Source of the DNA: Elusimicrobiota bacterium
GTDB taxonomy: Bacteria > Elusimicrobiota > Elusimicrobia > UBA1565 > UBA9628
DNA length: 15,189 nucleotides
Assembly: GCA_027319565.1 (NCBI GenBank)
Contig: DAHVNA010000041.1
Location: 1 to 15,189, forward strand
Reading direction: 5' to 3'
The translations under genes were made by a program, and so were the position numbers. The notes beneath the pieces were generated by a model. That model searched no databases and was not told where the DNA came from. It worked only from the letters and a program-made list of their open reading frames with translations. Positions 1 to 8,350 of the stretch are shown here, one piece after another. Within the stretch, counting starts at the first letter, position 1, and the number at the start of each line of letters is the position of its first letter.

Positions 1-120
1 GGGGAAAACGGCAAAGAGCATGTGCGCAACAACTTTCTTTTAACGCGCCATTTAAGAGATTATCTCCTCTTGTTTTTGATGACCGAAAATCCCTATAGCG
101 ATTTTATTCGCCTATAGTTA

Positions 121-153
121 TATAATAACCCATGCGCGATATCGCGCAGAGGA
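121..153 (+). promoter_or_regulatory. Candidate promoter of the symporter operon: -10 TATAAT (121-126), perfect 16-bp palindrome TGCGCGATATCGCGCA (133-148), SD-like GAGGA (149-153)
   Basis: Motifs read directly upstream of the TTG start at 160. No good -35 is visible. Confidence 0.5.
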
Positions 154-159
154 ATTGTC

Positions 160-1941
160 TTGCACCTAGCTCCCATTGATTGGACCGTCCTATCGGTTTA
201 CTTTGCCTTTGTCCTAGGCATCGGATACATTCTCAAACGCTCGACCCGAACCGGAAACGATTTCTTCATGGCGGGAAGGGCCATTCCCGCCTGGGTCGCG
301 GGACTGGCGTTTTTATCCGCCAATCTTGGCGCGCAAGAAGTCATCGGAATGGCCGCTTCGGGAGCCAAATACGGGCTTGCCACCAGCCATTTTTATTGGA
401 TCGGCGCGGTCCCGGCCATGGTTTTCGTCGGGGTCTTTATGATGCCGTTTTATTACGGCTCCCGGGCGCGCTCGGTGCCGGAATATCTCAAACTCCGCTT
501 TGACTCAAAAACCCATGTCTTTAACGCCGTCAGTTTTGGAGTCATGACTATTTTCTCCTCTGGAATTTCTCTCTACGCGATGGCTAAACTCTTGATAGCC
601 CTTCACGTTTGCGACGGGCCGATGGACGCGCTTGGCCTTCCGCGCTCCTGGATTTTTCACGTGAGCATTTTTATCTCCGCTCTCGTCGTTTTAGCCTACG
701 TTTTTTTCGGGGGACTCACCAGCGCCATTTATAACGAAGTCCTTCAATTCTTTTTGATACTGGCCGGCCTTATCCCTCTGGTTTGGCTGGGACTAAAAAA
801 TTTGGGCGGCTGGAAATCCCTAAAGGCTCACCTCCCCAACCCCGCCATGGCCCATGCCTGGATGGGCCTTGCCCACGCGCGAACAAATCCCATGGGAGTC
901 GACTGGTTCAGCTTGACCGCAGGCCTTGGGTTTGTCCTTTCTTTCGGATATTGGTGTACGGATTTTTTAGTCATTCAAAGGGCGATGGCCGCCGATTCGA
1001 TGAATTCAGCCCGGAGAACTCCTTTAATTGCCGCTATTCCCAAAATGCTTTTTCCTTTTATCGTGATCGTCCCAGGCCTCATCGCAATCGCGCTAACCCC
1101 CACGATTTCCCCGCAAATGAACGGCTCTTCTATCACTCAAAGCGCGGGAATTATTCCCATCAAAAGAGATGAAGCCACGGGGCATGTCATGCGTAAACTA
1201 GACGGGTCTCCGGAACTGGACTACAACATGGTCATTCCCGCCCTTTTTAAGCACTATTATCCCGAAGGACTTCTGGGGCTTGGTCTCACCGCTCTTCTCG
1301 CCAGTTTTATGTCGGGAATGGCCGGAAACGTCACCGCTTTCAACACGATCTGGACCTATGATCTCTACGAACACTATGTTCACCCCGGAGCCTCGGACAA
1401 ACACTATCTCTGGATGGGGCGCGCGGCCACCGTCAGCGGAATCTTTCTTTCAATTTTCGCGGCGTACCTTGCCGCGCGTTTTAACAATATCATGGACGTT
1501 TTGCAGCTGGTATTCGCTTTCGTCAACGCGCCTTTGTTTGCGACTTTTATTTTGGGGATGTTTTGGAAAAAAGCGACCGGACACGGCGCTTTTTGGGGGC
1601 TTTTAATCGGAACCCTGGCCGCGACTCTTCACCATGGCCTGACTATTCCGCAAGGCTCTCTTCCCGGCATCAGCGGAGGCTGGATCATGAGCCTTACAAG
1701 CTATCCCAGCCTGATGGCGCAAAATTTTTGGACCGCGATCTACGCTTTTAGCGCCTGTTTTGGAACGACTATTTTAATTAGCTTAATGACCAACCCCAAG
1801 CCCGAGGCGGAATTATCCGGCCTCGTTTATTCCTTGACCGCGTCTGTGGGGCAAGAAAACCAGCCTTTTTTCAAACGCCCCGCCGTTTTAGGAGCGATCG
1901 TTTTAATTTTAGTTGTCGCGCTCAATTTCGTTTTTAGATAA
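160..1941 (+). CDS. Sodium:solute symporter (SSS/SLC5 family, sugar/inositol-like clade)
   Basis: 593 aa with many TM segments. Motifs DFFMAGR, SANLGAQEVIGMAASGAKYG, SVPEYLKLRFD, GYWCTDFLVIQRAMAA, ALLASFMSGMAGN. TTG start with GAGGA upstream. Confidence 0.93.
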   Translation: MHLAPIDWTVLSVYFAFVLGIGYILKRSTRTGNDFFMAGRAIPAWVAGLAFLSANLGAQEVIGMAASGAKYGLATSHFYWIGAVPAMVFVGVFMMPFYYGSRARSVPEYLKLRFDSKTHVFNAVSFGVMTIFSSGISLYAMAKLLIALHVCDGPMDALGLPRSWIFHVSIFISALVVLAYVFFGGLTSAIYNEVLQFFLILAGLIPLVWLGLKNLGGWKSLKAHLPNPAMAHAWMGLAHARTNPMGVDWFSLTAGLGFVLSFGYWCTDFLVIQRAMAADSMNSARRTPLIAAIPKMLFPFIVIVPGLIAIALTPTISPQMNGSSITQSAGIIPIKRDEATGHVMRKLDGSPELDYNMVIPALFKHYYPEGLLGLGLTALLASFMSGMAGNVTAFNTIWTYDLYEHYVHPGASDKHYLWMGRAATVSGIFLSIFAAYLAARFNNIMDVLQLVFAFVNAPLFATFILGMFWKKATGHGAFWGLLIGTLAATLHHGLTIPQGSLPGISGGWIMSLTSYPSLMAQNFWTAIYAFSACFGTTILISLMTNPKPEAELSGLVYSLTASVGQENQPFFKRPAVLGAIVLILVVALNFVFR

Positions 1942-1945
1942 AACT

Positions 1946-2152
1946 ATGGGACTCGATATTCGAAAACCAATTGGGTGGCTGTTTATCTGCTTAGGTCTTC
2001 TTCTGTTTGCAACGGGGATTTTGATGCCGCCTTCCGCCTATCAAAAATCTTTGGGAATCAATGTCGACCTGGGCTGGGGCCTTATTTTGATCCTAGGCGG
2101 GATATTGTCTTTGACCCTTTCTCACTTCTCATCTAAAAATATCAAAAAATGA
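1946..2152 (+). CDS. Small two-TM membrane protein, probable SSS partner
   Basis: ATG at 1946, 4 nt after the SSS stop. MGLDIRKPIGWLFICLG...GINVDLGWG has two hydrophobic helices. Stop overlaps the pyrB start (ATGA). Confidence 0.75.
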   Translation: MGLDIRKPIGWLFICLGLLLFATGILMPPSAYQKSLGINVDLGWGLILILGGILSLTLSHFSSKNIKK

Positions 2153-3102
2153 GCGCTCGGAAAAATTTTTCCGCGAGATGGACGCAGAAGGATTTAATCG
2201 GCCTCAAAGGCTTAAATTCTTCGGATCTCAACGCCGTTTTTACGCGCGCGGCGCAATTTCAGAAAAACCCCGCTTCCCAAAATTTAAAATTAAAGGGAGA
2301 ATTAGCCGCGCTGATTTTCCTTGAAGCCTCGACACGGACCAGAATGTCTTTTGAAGTCGCGGTCCATCGTTTGGGAGGGCATTCGCTTATTTTTTCGGCC
2401 CAATCTTCAAGCCTTGAAAAGGGAGAAACCCTCTTAGACACCGTTAAAAACCTGGAAGCCCTGGGCGCGCGCTTTTTTATCATCCGAAACAGCGAAAACG
2501 GAATCATCAAGGAGCTATCGGAAAAAAGCTCTTCTTCTTTTATCAACGCGGGAGACGGGACCAACGAACACCCGACCCAGGCCTTGCTGGATCTTTTCAC
2601 GCTCAAAGAAGCCAAAGAGAAAATAAAGGGGCTTAAAGTCGTCATTGTCGGAGATATTCTCCACAGCCGGGTGGCGCGCTCAAATATCCTCGCCCTTAAG
2701 GAATTAGGAGCCGCGGTTTTCTTGTGCGGACCGCGAGAGTTTCTGTCGGATGAGTTTCAAGGCTTGGCCGATCGAATTTCGGAAGATTTAAACGAGAGTT
2801 TGATTGGCGCTGACGCCGTCTTGTGCCTTCGCATCCAACGGGAAAGATTAAAAGAGAAACTAAATTTCACGCCCCAGGATTACTTCAAAAATTTCGGCTT
2901 AACCGAAGAACGGGTCAAAAAATACGCTCGTCCCAATTGCGTCATTTTGCATCCCGGGCCGTTAAACCGGGAAGTTGAAATTTCCTCCGAACTCGCGGAC
3001 GGGCCGAGGTCTCTCATTTTGAGGCAGGTTCATAACGGCGTTTTTATCCGGATGGCGGTCTTGTCTTTAATCAAAGAAGGCCGGACATTTAAGAAGAGTT
3101 AG
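2149..3102 (+). CDS. pyrB: Aspartate carbamoyltransferase catalytic subunit
   Basis: FLEASTRTRMSFE carbamoyl-phosphate motif, SSLEKGETLLDT, INAGDGTNEHPTQALLD, GDILHSRVARS, RIQRER, HPGPLNR. Confidence 0.96.
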   Translation: MSARKNFSARWTQKDLIGLKGLNSSDLNAVFTRAAQFQKNPASQNLKLKGELAALIFLEASTRTRMSFEVAVHRLGGHSLIFSAQSSSLEKGETLLDTVKNLEALGARFFIIRNSENGIIKELSEKSSSSFINAGDGTNEHPTQALLDLFTLKEAKEKIKGLKVVIVGDILHSRVARSNILALKELGAAVFLCGPREFLSDEFQGLADRISEDLNESLIGADAVLCLRIQRERLKEKLNFTPQDYFKNFGLTEERVKKYARPNCVILHPGPLNREVEISSELADGPRSLILRQVHNGVFIRMAVLSLIKEGRTFKKS

Positions 3103-3911
3103 GGCTGAAAAGCGGCCGAAACTGATTGCGCCGAATTAATGGCAATTGAGCAGTTCCCGTTTCCGGAACAATTTTGACCCCAACCGACAAACGATGATCC
3201 GACGGCGGGTTCCGCTGTTAAACTAACGGTCGTTCCCAGCGCGAAACTGGCCAAACAGTCGCCCGAGTTTCCAGCCCGGCAATCAATTCCCGCGGGAGAA
3301 CTGGTCACTTCCCCGTTTCCCGAAACCGAGACCCTCAAAGGATATGAGGCGAGATTAAAGGCCGCGCTCACCGATTCAGGAGATTGACTTGAAACCGTGC
3401 ACACGCCCGTCCCGGAGCAGCCGCCTCCGCTCCATCCGGCAAAGACCGAGCCTTCCTCCGCGACCGCGGTCAAGGAAACCTGGGTTCCGGGAGGGAAACT
3501 GCCCGCGCAATCACTTCCGCAATTGATTCCGCTGGGAGAACTTGTCACCGAGCCATTTCCCAAACCCGACAAAGAGACGGTCAATGGAATAGTATCGGAG
3601 TTTTCGCTGTTAAAGGTCGCGACTGCCGATTGCGCGGCGACACTGCTAATCGAAATAAGGCATACTCCGGTCCCAAAGCAATCCCCATTCCAACTCGCAA
3701 GAATTGATCCCGAAGCCGGATTGGCGCTTAAACTGACCTGCGTTCCCGCGGGATAGCTGGCGGAACAAATATTTCCGCAGTTGATTCCGGAAGGAGAACT
3801 GGTGATGGTTCCAGATCCAGTCCCATCGGATGAAACCGACAGCTGTCCCGACGGCGCCGCGAAAAGCCCTTGGCCTACCGACAACAGCAAGGCAAAAAGA
3901 ATAAAATTCAT
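3099..3911 (-). CDS. Secreted protein with three tandem Cys-containing InlB-B-like (Flg_new_2-type) repeats
   Basis: N-terminal signal peptide MNFILFALLLSVGQGLFAA. Three ~80-aa units of GxGx(I/V)TSSPxGI(N/D)C...C...GTxVSLxAxxxxGSxxxxWxxxCxGxGxC...AxF. Confidence 0.8.
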   Translation of the reverse strand: MNFILFALLLSVGQGLFAAPSGQLSVSSDGTGSGTITSSPSGINCGNICSASYPAGTQVSLSANPASGSILASWNGDCFGTGVCLISISSVAAQSAVATFNSENSDTIPLTVSLSGLGNGSVTSSPSGINCGSDCAGSFPPGTQVSLTAVAEEGSVFAGWSGGGCSGTGVCTVSSQSPESVSAAFNLASYPLRVSVSGNGEVTSSPAGIDCRAGNSGDCLASFALGTTVSLTAEPAVGSSFVGWGQNCSGNGNCSIAINSAQSVSAAFQP

Positions 3912-3975
3912 GTTGTTTTCTCAGGATAGCAAATCCGGCCTCGCTCTAGACCCCGGAAGCGCTTTTGAGAGTTTG

Positions 3976-3990
3976 TAGAATAAGGGAATG
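3976..3990 (+). promoter_or_regulatory. -10 element TAGAAT 6 nt before ATG (probable leaderless start)
   Basis: TAGAAT (3976-3981), AAGGGA, ATG (3988). Confidence 0.45.
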
Positions 3991-4830
3991 ATTTCTCTTC
4001 TCTTACAATGCTTCGGATACGGGCTTCTCCACGGAATTTTACCGGATGAACACACCTGGCCGATTACTTTTAGCTACGCGGTTCAAGGGGCGTCGGGGAA
4101 AAAAGGAATTCAAGCGGGGTTTTACTTTTCACTGGCCTTCGCTTTTCAGCGCGCGCTAGGTTCCGAACTCTCCTATCTGTTTTTGGCCTCCTGGCTTTCT
4201 AGCCCCAAAATTAACCCCGCCATCAACGCCTTGGTCGGAGTCGTCATGATATGGGCGGGCTTTCAGATGCGAAAGCGCGGGAAATATCTTCATCTCCATC
4301 TCTTGGGCCATCACCATGAAAATCCCGCGAATTTAGAAACGGAAGGCTCGATTATTTCTCCCCACCACAAAGAGACGCCTCTGTCGGCGCAAAACCAGTT
4401 TCCCCGCAAATGGGCGATGATCCACGGATTTATCGCCGGTTTCGGAGTCGGCCCCTTCGCGCTTTTTGTTTACACCGTGGCTTCCCCAAGGATGCCTTCC
4501 GCCGCTTTTGGGTTCTTGCCGGGACTTTTATTTGGCTTGGGGACCATGCTGATGTTGGCGATTTTAGGCGGAGTTTTTGGATCCGCGCTTAAGACCACGG
4601 GGAAATTTAGCGCAGAGGAAATCAAAGCCATCGGCAGCTTGACGGGAAGCCTGACTCTTCTCGGAGGCGGAATGGTCTTTGTCTTGGGCGGGATATTAGA
4701 GAGCGCCCTTCAACCGCTGATTCCCTTTGATTTCGGAAACGCTCTCATTTTCACGATGGGAGTTTTCGTCTTAATTCCGGTGTTGGTCTATTCCATTTGG
4801 AGAGTTCTTAATTGCCGCAATCTCAATTAG
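3988..4830 (+). CDS. His-rich membrane protein, Ni/Co transporter-like (NicO/UreH/DsbD_2-like)
   Basis: TM1 GLLHGILPDEH resembles the HxxxxDH metal-permease signature. His-rich loop HLHLHLLGHHHE..HHKE, second motif IHGFIAG, about 7-8 TM segments. Confidence 0.65.
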   Translation: MISLLLQCFGYGLLHGILPDEHTWPITFSYAVQGASGKKGIQAGFYFSLAFAFQRALGSELSYLFLASWLSSPKINPAINALVGVVMIWAGFQMRKRGKYLHLHLLGHHHENPANLETEGSIISPHHKETPLSAQNQFPRKWAMIHGFIAGFGVGPFALFVYTVASPRMPSAAFGFLPGLLFGLGTMLMLAILGGVFGSALKTTGKFSAEEIKAIGSLTGSLTLLGGGMVFVLGGILESALQPLIPFDFGNALIFTMGVFVLIPVLVYSIWRVLNCRNLN

Positions 4831-6088
4831 AATCAAGCTCCGCCTCGCCGGCGGATTCGAGCATTTCCTCGGGAATTTGTTTCGTGGCCTTGGCTCCCAA
4901 ATTTTTAAGGTTTTCGATTCTTTTGACCAGATTCCCGCGCCCCTGGGACAAGCGATTGACCATCTCTTCCCGTTTGAGCTGGGCCTTCTCCAGATAATTT
5001 CCCAATTCCTTAAAGCCCTCGTTGAGCGAAACAAAGCCGTCATAGAGAAGCCCGGCTTGGCGGGAAATTTCAAGCGCGTTTCTGCTTTGCCGCTCGCTTT
5101 GCCAGACATGGGCGACCGTTTTTAAAGTGGCAAAAACGGTCGAAGGCCCCACAATGACAATCCCGCGATTCCAAGCGTATTCAAAGAGACTCGGGGATTC
5201 TTTAAGAGCGGCCAGCAAGGCCCCTTCAGGAGAAACGAACATCAAGACAAAGTCGGGGGTTTTAAGTCCTTTGGCCGAAGCGTAATGTTTGGCGGACAAT
5301 TCATCGATATGGGCGCGGATGGAAGAGACGGTTTTATTTAAAAATTCGCCTTTGGTCTCTTCTGAAGAGGCTTGGCAGTAATCAATCCAGGCGCTTAAAG
5401 AAACCTTGGAGTCTAAAATCAAATGTTTGTCTTGCGGCAAGTTAATCAAATAATCCGGCTTTTGAAGGCGGCCTTCCTCGTCTTTAATGCTAAGGCCGGT
5501 TCCTTGCGCGATATACTCCTCGCCTTTTCGCAGGCCCGAAGCCTCTAAAAGCGTTTCCACCTGCATTTCGCCCCAATCGCCCTGGGTTTTTTGTTCTCCC
5601 CGCAAGGCTCGGGAAAGAGCGTCCGCCTCTTTGGAGATTCGCTCGTTAGAATCGACAATCCGCTTAATTTCTTCTTTAAGAGCGAAAACGTCTTTTGATT
5701 GATTGCCGTACCTCTCTTCGACTTTTTTCTCAAAATCCTGAATTTTTTCTTTTAACGGGTTTAAGACAAGCCCCACGCCCTTTTCCGCCCGCTCTTGAAA
5801 CTGGAGGGCATTTTTCTCAAGGGCCTTGCCCGCCGCCAACTCTATATCCTTTGAGATTTTTTCACGCAAAAGGTCCATATCCTGAAAAGATTTGAGTTCG
5901 CCGATTTTCCGATTAAGTTCTTCCGCCCTTTGAAGGGCCTCATCCCGTTCCCGGCGAATTTGATCCCGCTGTAAAGACGCCTCTTCCAAGCGAGCGGACA
6001 AGGCGGCCTGGGCTCCGACAAGGGAAAACTTGCGCCCCAAGTAAAAGCCCATTAAAACGCCGCCGAAGGAAAACAAAGCCGTAAGCAT
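4823..6088 (-). CDS. rmuC: DNA recombination protein RmuC
   Basis: N-terminal TM and coiled coil. KTQGDWGEMQVETLLEASGL, KPDYLINLP, ILDSKVSL, TPDFVLMF, GPSTVFATL, GRGNLV. Confidence 0.93.
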   Translation of the reverse strand: MLTALFSFGGVLMGFYLGRKFSLVGAQAALSARLEEASLQRDQIRRERDEALQRAEELNRKIGELKSFQDMDLLREKISKDIELAAGKALEKNALQFQERAEKGVGLVLNPLKEKIQDFEKKVEERYGNQSKDVFALKEEIKRIVDSNERISKEADALSRALRGEQKTQGDWGEMQVETLLEASGLRKGEEYIAQGTGLSIKDEEGRLQKPDYLINLPQDKHLILDSKVSLSAWIDYCQASSEETKGEFLNKTVSSIRAHIDELSAKHYASAKGLKTPDFVLMFVSPEGALLAALKESPSLFEYAWNRGIVIVGPSTVFATLKTVAHVWQSERQSRNALEISRQAGLLYDGFVSLNEGFKELGNYLEKAQLKREEMVNRLSQGRGNLVKRIENLKNLGAKATKQIPEEMLESAGEAELDSN

Positions 6089-6100
6089 GGAATTATTTTA

Positions 6101-7048
6101 CTACTTACTGATTGCCGGAACCTTAAAGAAAAATTTTGATCCTTTCCCCAACTCGCTTTCAAGTCCCACGCTTCCCCCGTGAAGTTCGACGCAATGTTTG
6201 ACAATGGATAAGCCCAGACCCGTTCCCCCCATTTCTCTCGAGCGCGCCTTATCCGCCCGATAGAAGCGCTCAAAAATGCGCGGCAGATCTTCCGGAGATA
6301 TGCCAATCCCGTTATCTTCGACGACGGCCTTGACGCTCCCCTCTTCCAAGGCCGCGCTGACGCGAATAAAACCTTTCTCCGGGGTATATTTGATCGCGTT
6401 TTCAATTAGATTGATAAAAACCCTTCTCATCAACTCGCGATCGGCGTGCACTTCCGGCAAATCCCCGAAGGGATCTATTCTAAGCACGATCTGCTTTTGC
6501 TGGGCCAAGGGAATCAGGCTGGCGACCACTTCTGAGGCGATTTTCATTAAAGACGTCATTTCAAAACGCGGAGGCATTTTCCCCGATTCAAGGGCCGATA
6601 TCTGGAGGATGTCCTCGACTAATTTTTCCATCCGCTCGGAACTCGCCGAAATCTCCCTGACAAATTCAAGACAGCGCTTCTGGTCTTTAAAGGCCCCTTC
6701 AAGAAGGGTTTCCGAAAAAGCTCTGATCGTTGAAATCGGAGTGCGAAGTTCATGGCTGACATTGGCGACAAATTCTTTTCTTATTTCTTCAAGCCTCTTC
6801 ATCTCGGACAAATCATACTGAAACCTCTCGGAGAGAAGATTGAGCGACAAGGATAAGCGCGCCAATTCTCCCGGCGGCATTTTGGGAATTACGGCCGATT
6901 TTCCGGAGGCGACGGTTTCCGCCGCTTCGGAAATTTTCCGGATGTTTTTCCTCAATCGGTATCTTTCAAAAATAAAATAAAGACAGGCCGCAAAAAGAAA
7001 GACAGGGATAAAAACGCAGAACCTAAACCCGGAAGCGATATCCGACAT
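6101..7048 (-). CDS. Sensor histidine kinase, PhoR-like (single TM, HAMP-like, HisKA, HATPase_c)
   Basis: EFVANVSHELRTP H-box, NLIENAIKYT N-box, DNGIGI, RIFERFYR.DKARSR, GGTGLGLSIVKH. ATG at 7048 preferred over the ORF-track start at 7063. Confidence 0.9.
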   Translation of the reverse strand: MSDIASGFRFCVFIPVFLFAACLYFIFERYRLRKNIRKISEAAETVASGKSAVIPKMPPGELARLSLSLNLLSERFQYDLSEMKRLEEIRKEFVANVSHELRTPISTIRAFSETLLEGAFKDQKRCLEFVREISASSERMEKLVEDILQISALESGKMPPRFEMTSLMKIASEVVASLIPLAQQKQIVLRIDPFGDLPEVHADRELMRRVFINLIENAIKYTPEKGFIRVSAALEEGSVKAVVEDNGIGISPEDLPRIFERFYRADKARSREMGGTGLGLSIVKHCVELHGGSVGLESELGKGSKFFFKVPAISK

Positions 7049-7712
7049 TTTTAACCGTGACAATTAATCTGGACTCGACTCCCAATTTATCGCGAAGGCG
7101 CGCGATATGCTGATCGACGGTGCGCGTATCCAAATCAAGGCCGCGATCGTAGCCCCAGACCTCTTTAAGAATTTCCGGTCGTGACAAGGCTCGCCCGCGA
7201 GCGCCCGTCAAAAGCTTTAAAAGCTCCCATTCCTTACTCGTCAAAGGAACGGAAACTCCGCCCACCGAGCATTCATAGCGGTTAAAATCAATCTCCAAGG
7301 TTCCATATTTAGACGGCGGGGCCTCGGCGGAATTGAGGGAGGGAGAAAAACGCCGAAGGATGGACTTGACCCTGGCGCAAAGCTCCCGGACGCTAAAGGG
7401 CTTGGTGACATAATCATCCGCCCCCATTTCCAGGCCCAAAACGCGGTCAAGTTCGTCTTTTTTCGCGGTCAAAATAAGAACGGGGGTTTTTGATTTTAAG
7501 CGAATTTCTTTAAGAAGGTCCATCCCGCTGATCTTGGGAATCATCAAATCCAAAATAATAAAATTAGGGCGGCGGTTTTGAAACATCTCAAGCCCTTCTT
7601 GCCCGTCAAAGGCGCACAAAACCTCGTAACCTTCTTTCTCGAAATTATATTTAAGAATCTTGGACAAGGGCTTTTCGTCTTCGATGACGAGAATTTTGGG
7701 GGTCAAAGCCAT
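7023..7712 (-). CDS. OmpR/PhoB-family response regulator
   Basis: ILVIEDE, ILDLMIP (phospho-Asp), LTAK, GADDYVTKPFS, winged-helix TRTVDQHIARLRDKL, TVKNVGYRF. Confidence 0.95.
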   Translation of the reverse strand: MALTPKILVIEDEKPLSKILKYNFEKEGYEVLCAFDGQEGLEMFQNRRPNFIILDLMIPKISGMDLLKEIRLKSKTPVLILTAKKDELDRVLGLEMGADDYVTKPFSVRELCARVKSILRRFSPSLNSAEAPPSKYGTLEIDFNRYECSVGGVSVPLTSKEWELLKLLTGARGRALSRPEILKEVWGYDRGLDLDTRTVDQHIARLRDKLGVESRLIVTVKNVGYRFRV

Positions 7713-8350
7713 GATTCTTTATACCGATAAACCCGTCGGGCCGGCACGCTAACTATTTTATTCTCCGGCCAGACCAAGGCGCTTAATTTCCCGCCGTAAA
7801 CGCATCCGGTATCAAGACAAACGGCGTTTTTTCTCTGGAGAACTTCGCGGCGCACCCAATGGCCAAAGACAATCAATTCGCGGCCCTTATAGGATTCATA
7901 CCAGGGCTTTTTGGTATCCGCCAAGCGCCGGATATTAGTCAATTCCCATTTCGATTGTCCTTCAAAAGGATACCGCGGATCAAAACCGGCATGAACCGCC
8001 CTCCATCCGCGCCCCAAAATAGCGACTGGGAGGGAATCTAAAAAGCGCATATAGCGCCCGAACTGATTTCCCAATTGGAGAACCGTTTTTAAATCATATG
8101 GCTTTTGATCCGGCAACAACCCTTCTTTCCAATACAATAAATATCTGAGCTCATGATTGCCGATAATACAGCGCAAATTTTTCGTCTTGATCGCCCAATC
8201 AAGCACTCCCTTGGAGTCCGGTCCCTTGCAAATGATATCCCCAAGGCTGATTAAATCATCCTCGGGGCGAACCGCAAGCTTGAGTAAAAGCTCTTTAAGC
8301 TCGCTGAAACATCCGTGAATATCGCCGATAAAAATGGTGCGCTTTTTCAT
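7703..8350 (-). CDS. Calcineurin-like metallophosphoesterase (ApaH/PrpE-like)
   Basis: GDIHGC, GDIICKGPDS, GNHE, VHAG, VFGHW, LDTGCVYGGKLSAL. Confidence 0.9.
   Translation of the reverse strand: MKKRTIFIGDIHGCFSELKELLLKLAVRPEDDLISLGDIICKGPDSKGVLDWAIKTKNLRCIIGNHELRYLLYWKEGLLPDQKPYDLKTVLQLGNQFGRYMRFLDSLPVAILGRGWRAVHAGFDPRYPFEGQSKWELTNIRRLADTKKPWYESYKGRELIVFGHWVRREVLQRKNAVCLDTGCVYGGKLSALVWPENKIVSVPARRVYRYKESWL

Noticed and set aside
1..70. SD-like AGAGGAG on the minus strand suggesting a divergent gene leaving the window
   Set aside because: The nearest ATG is followed by a stop after 3 codons, and no confident start can be assigned from 70 nt.
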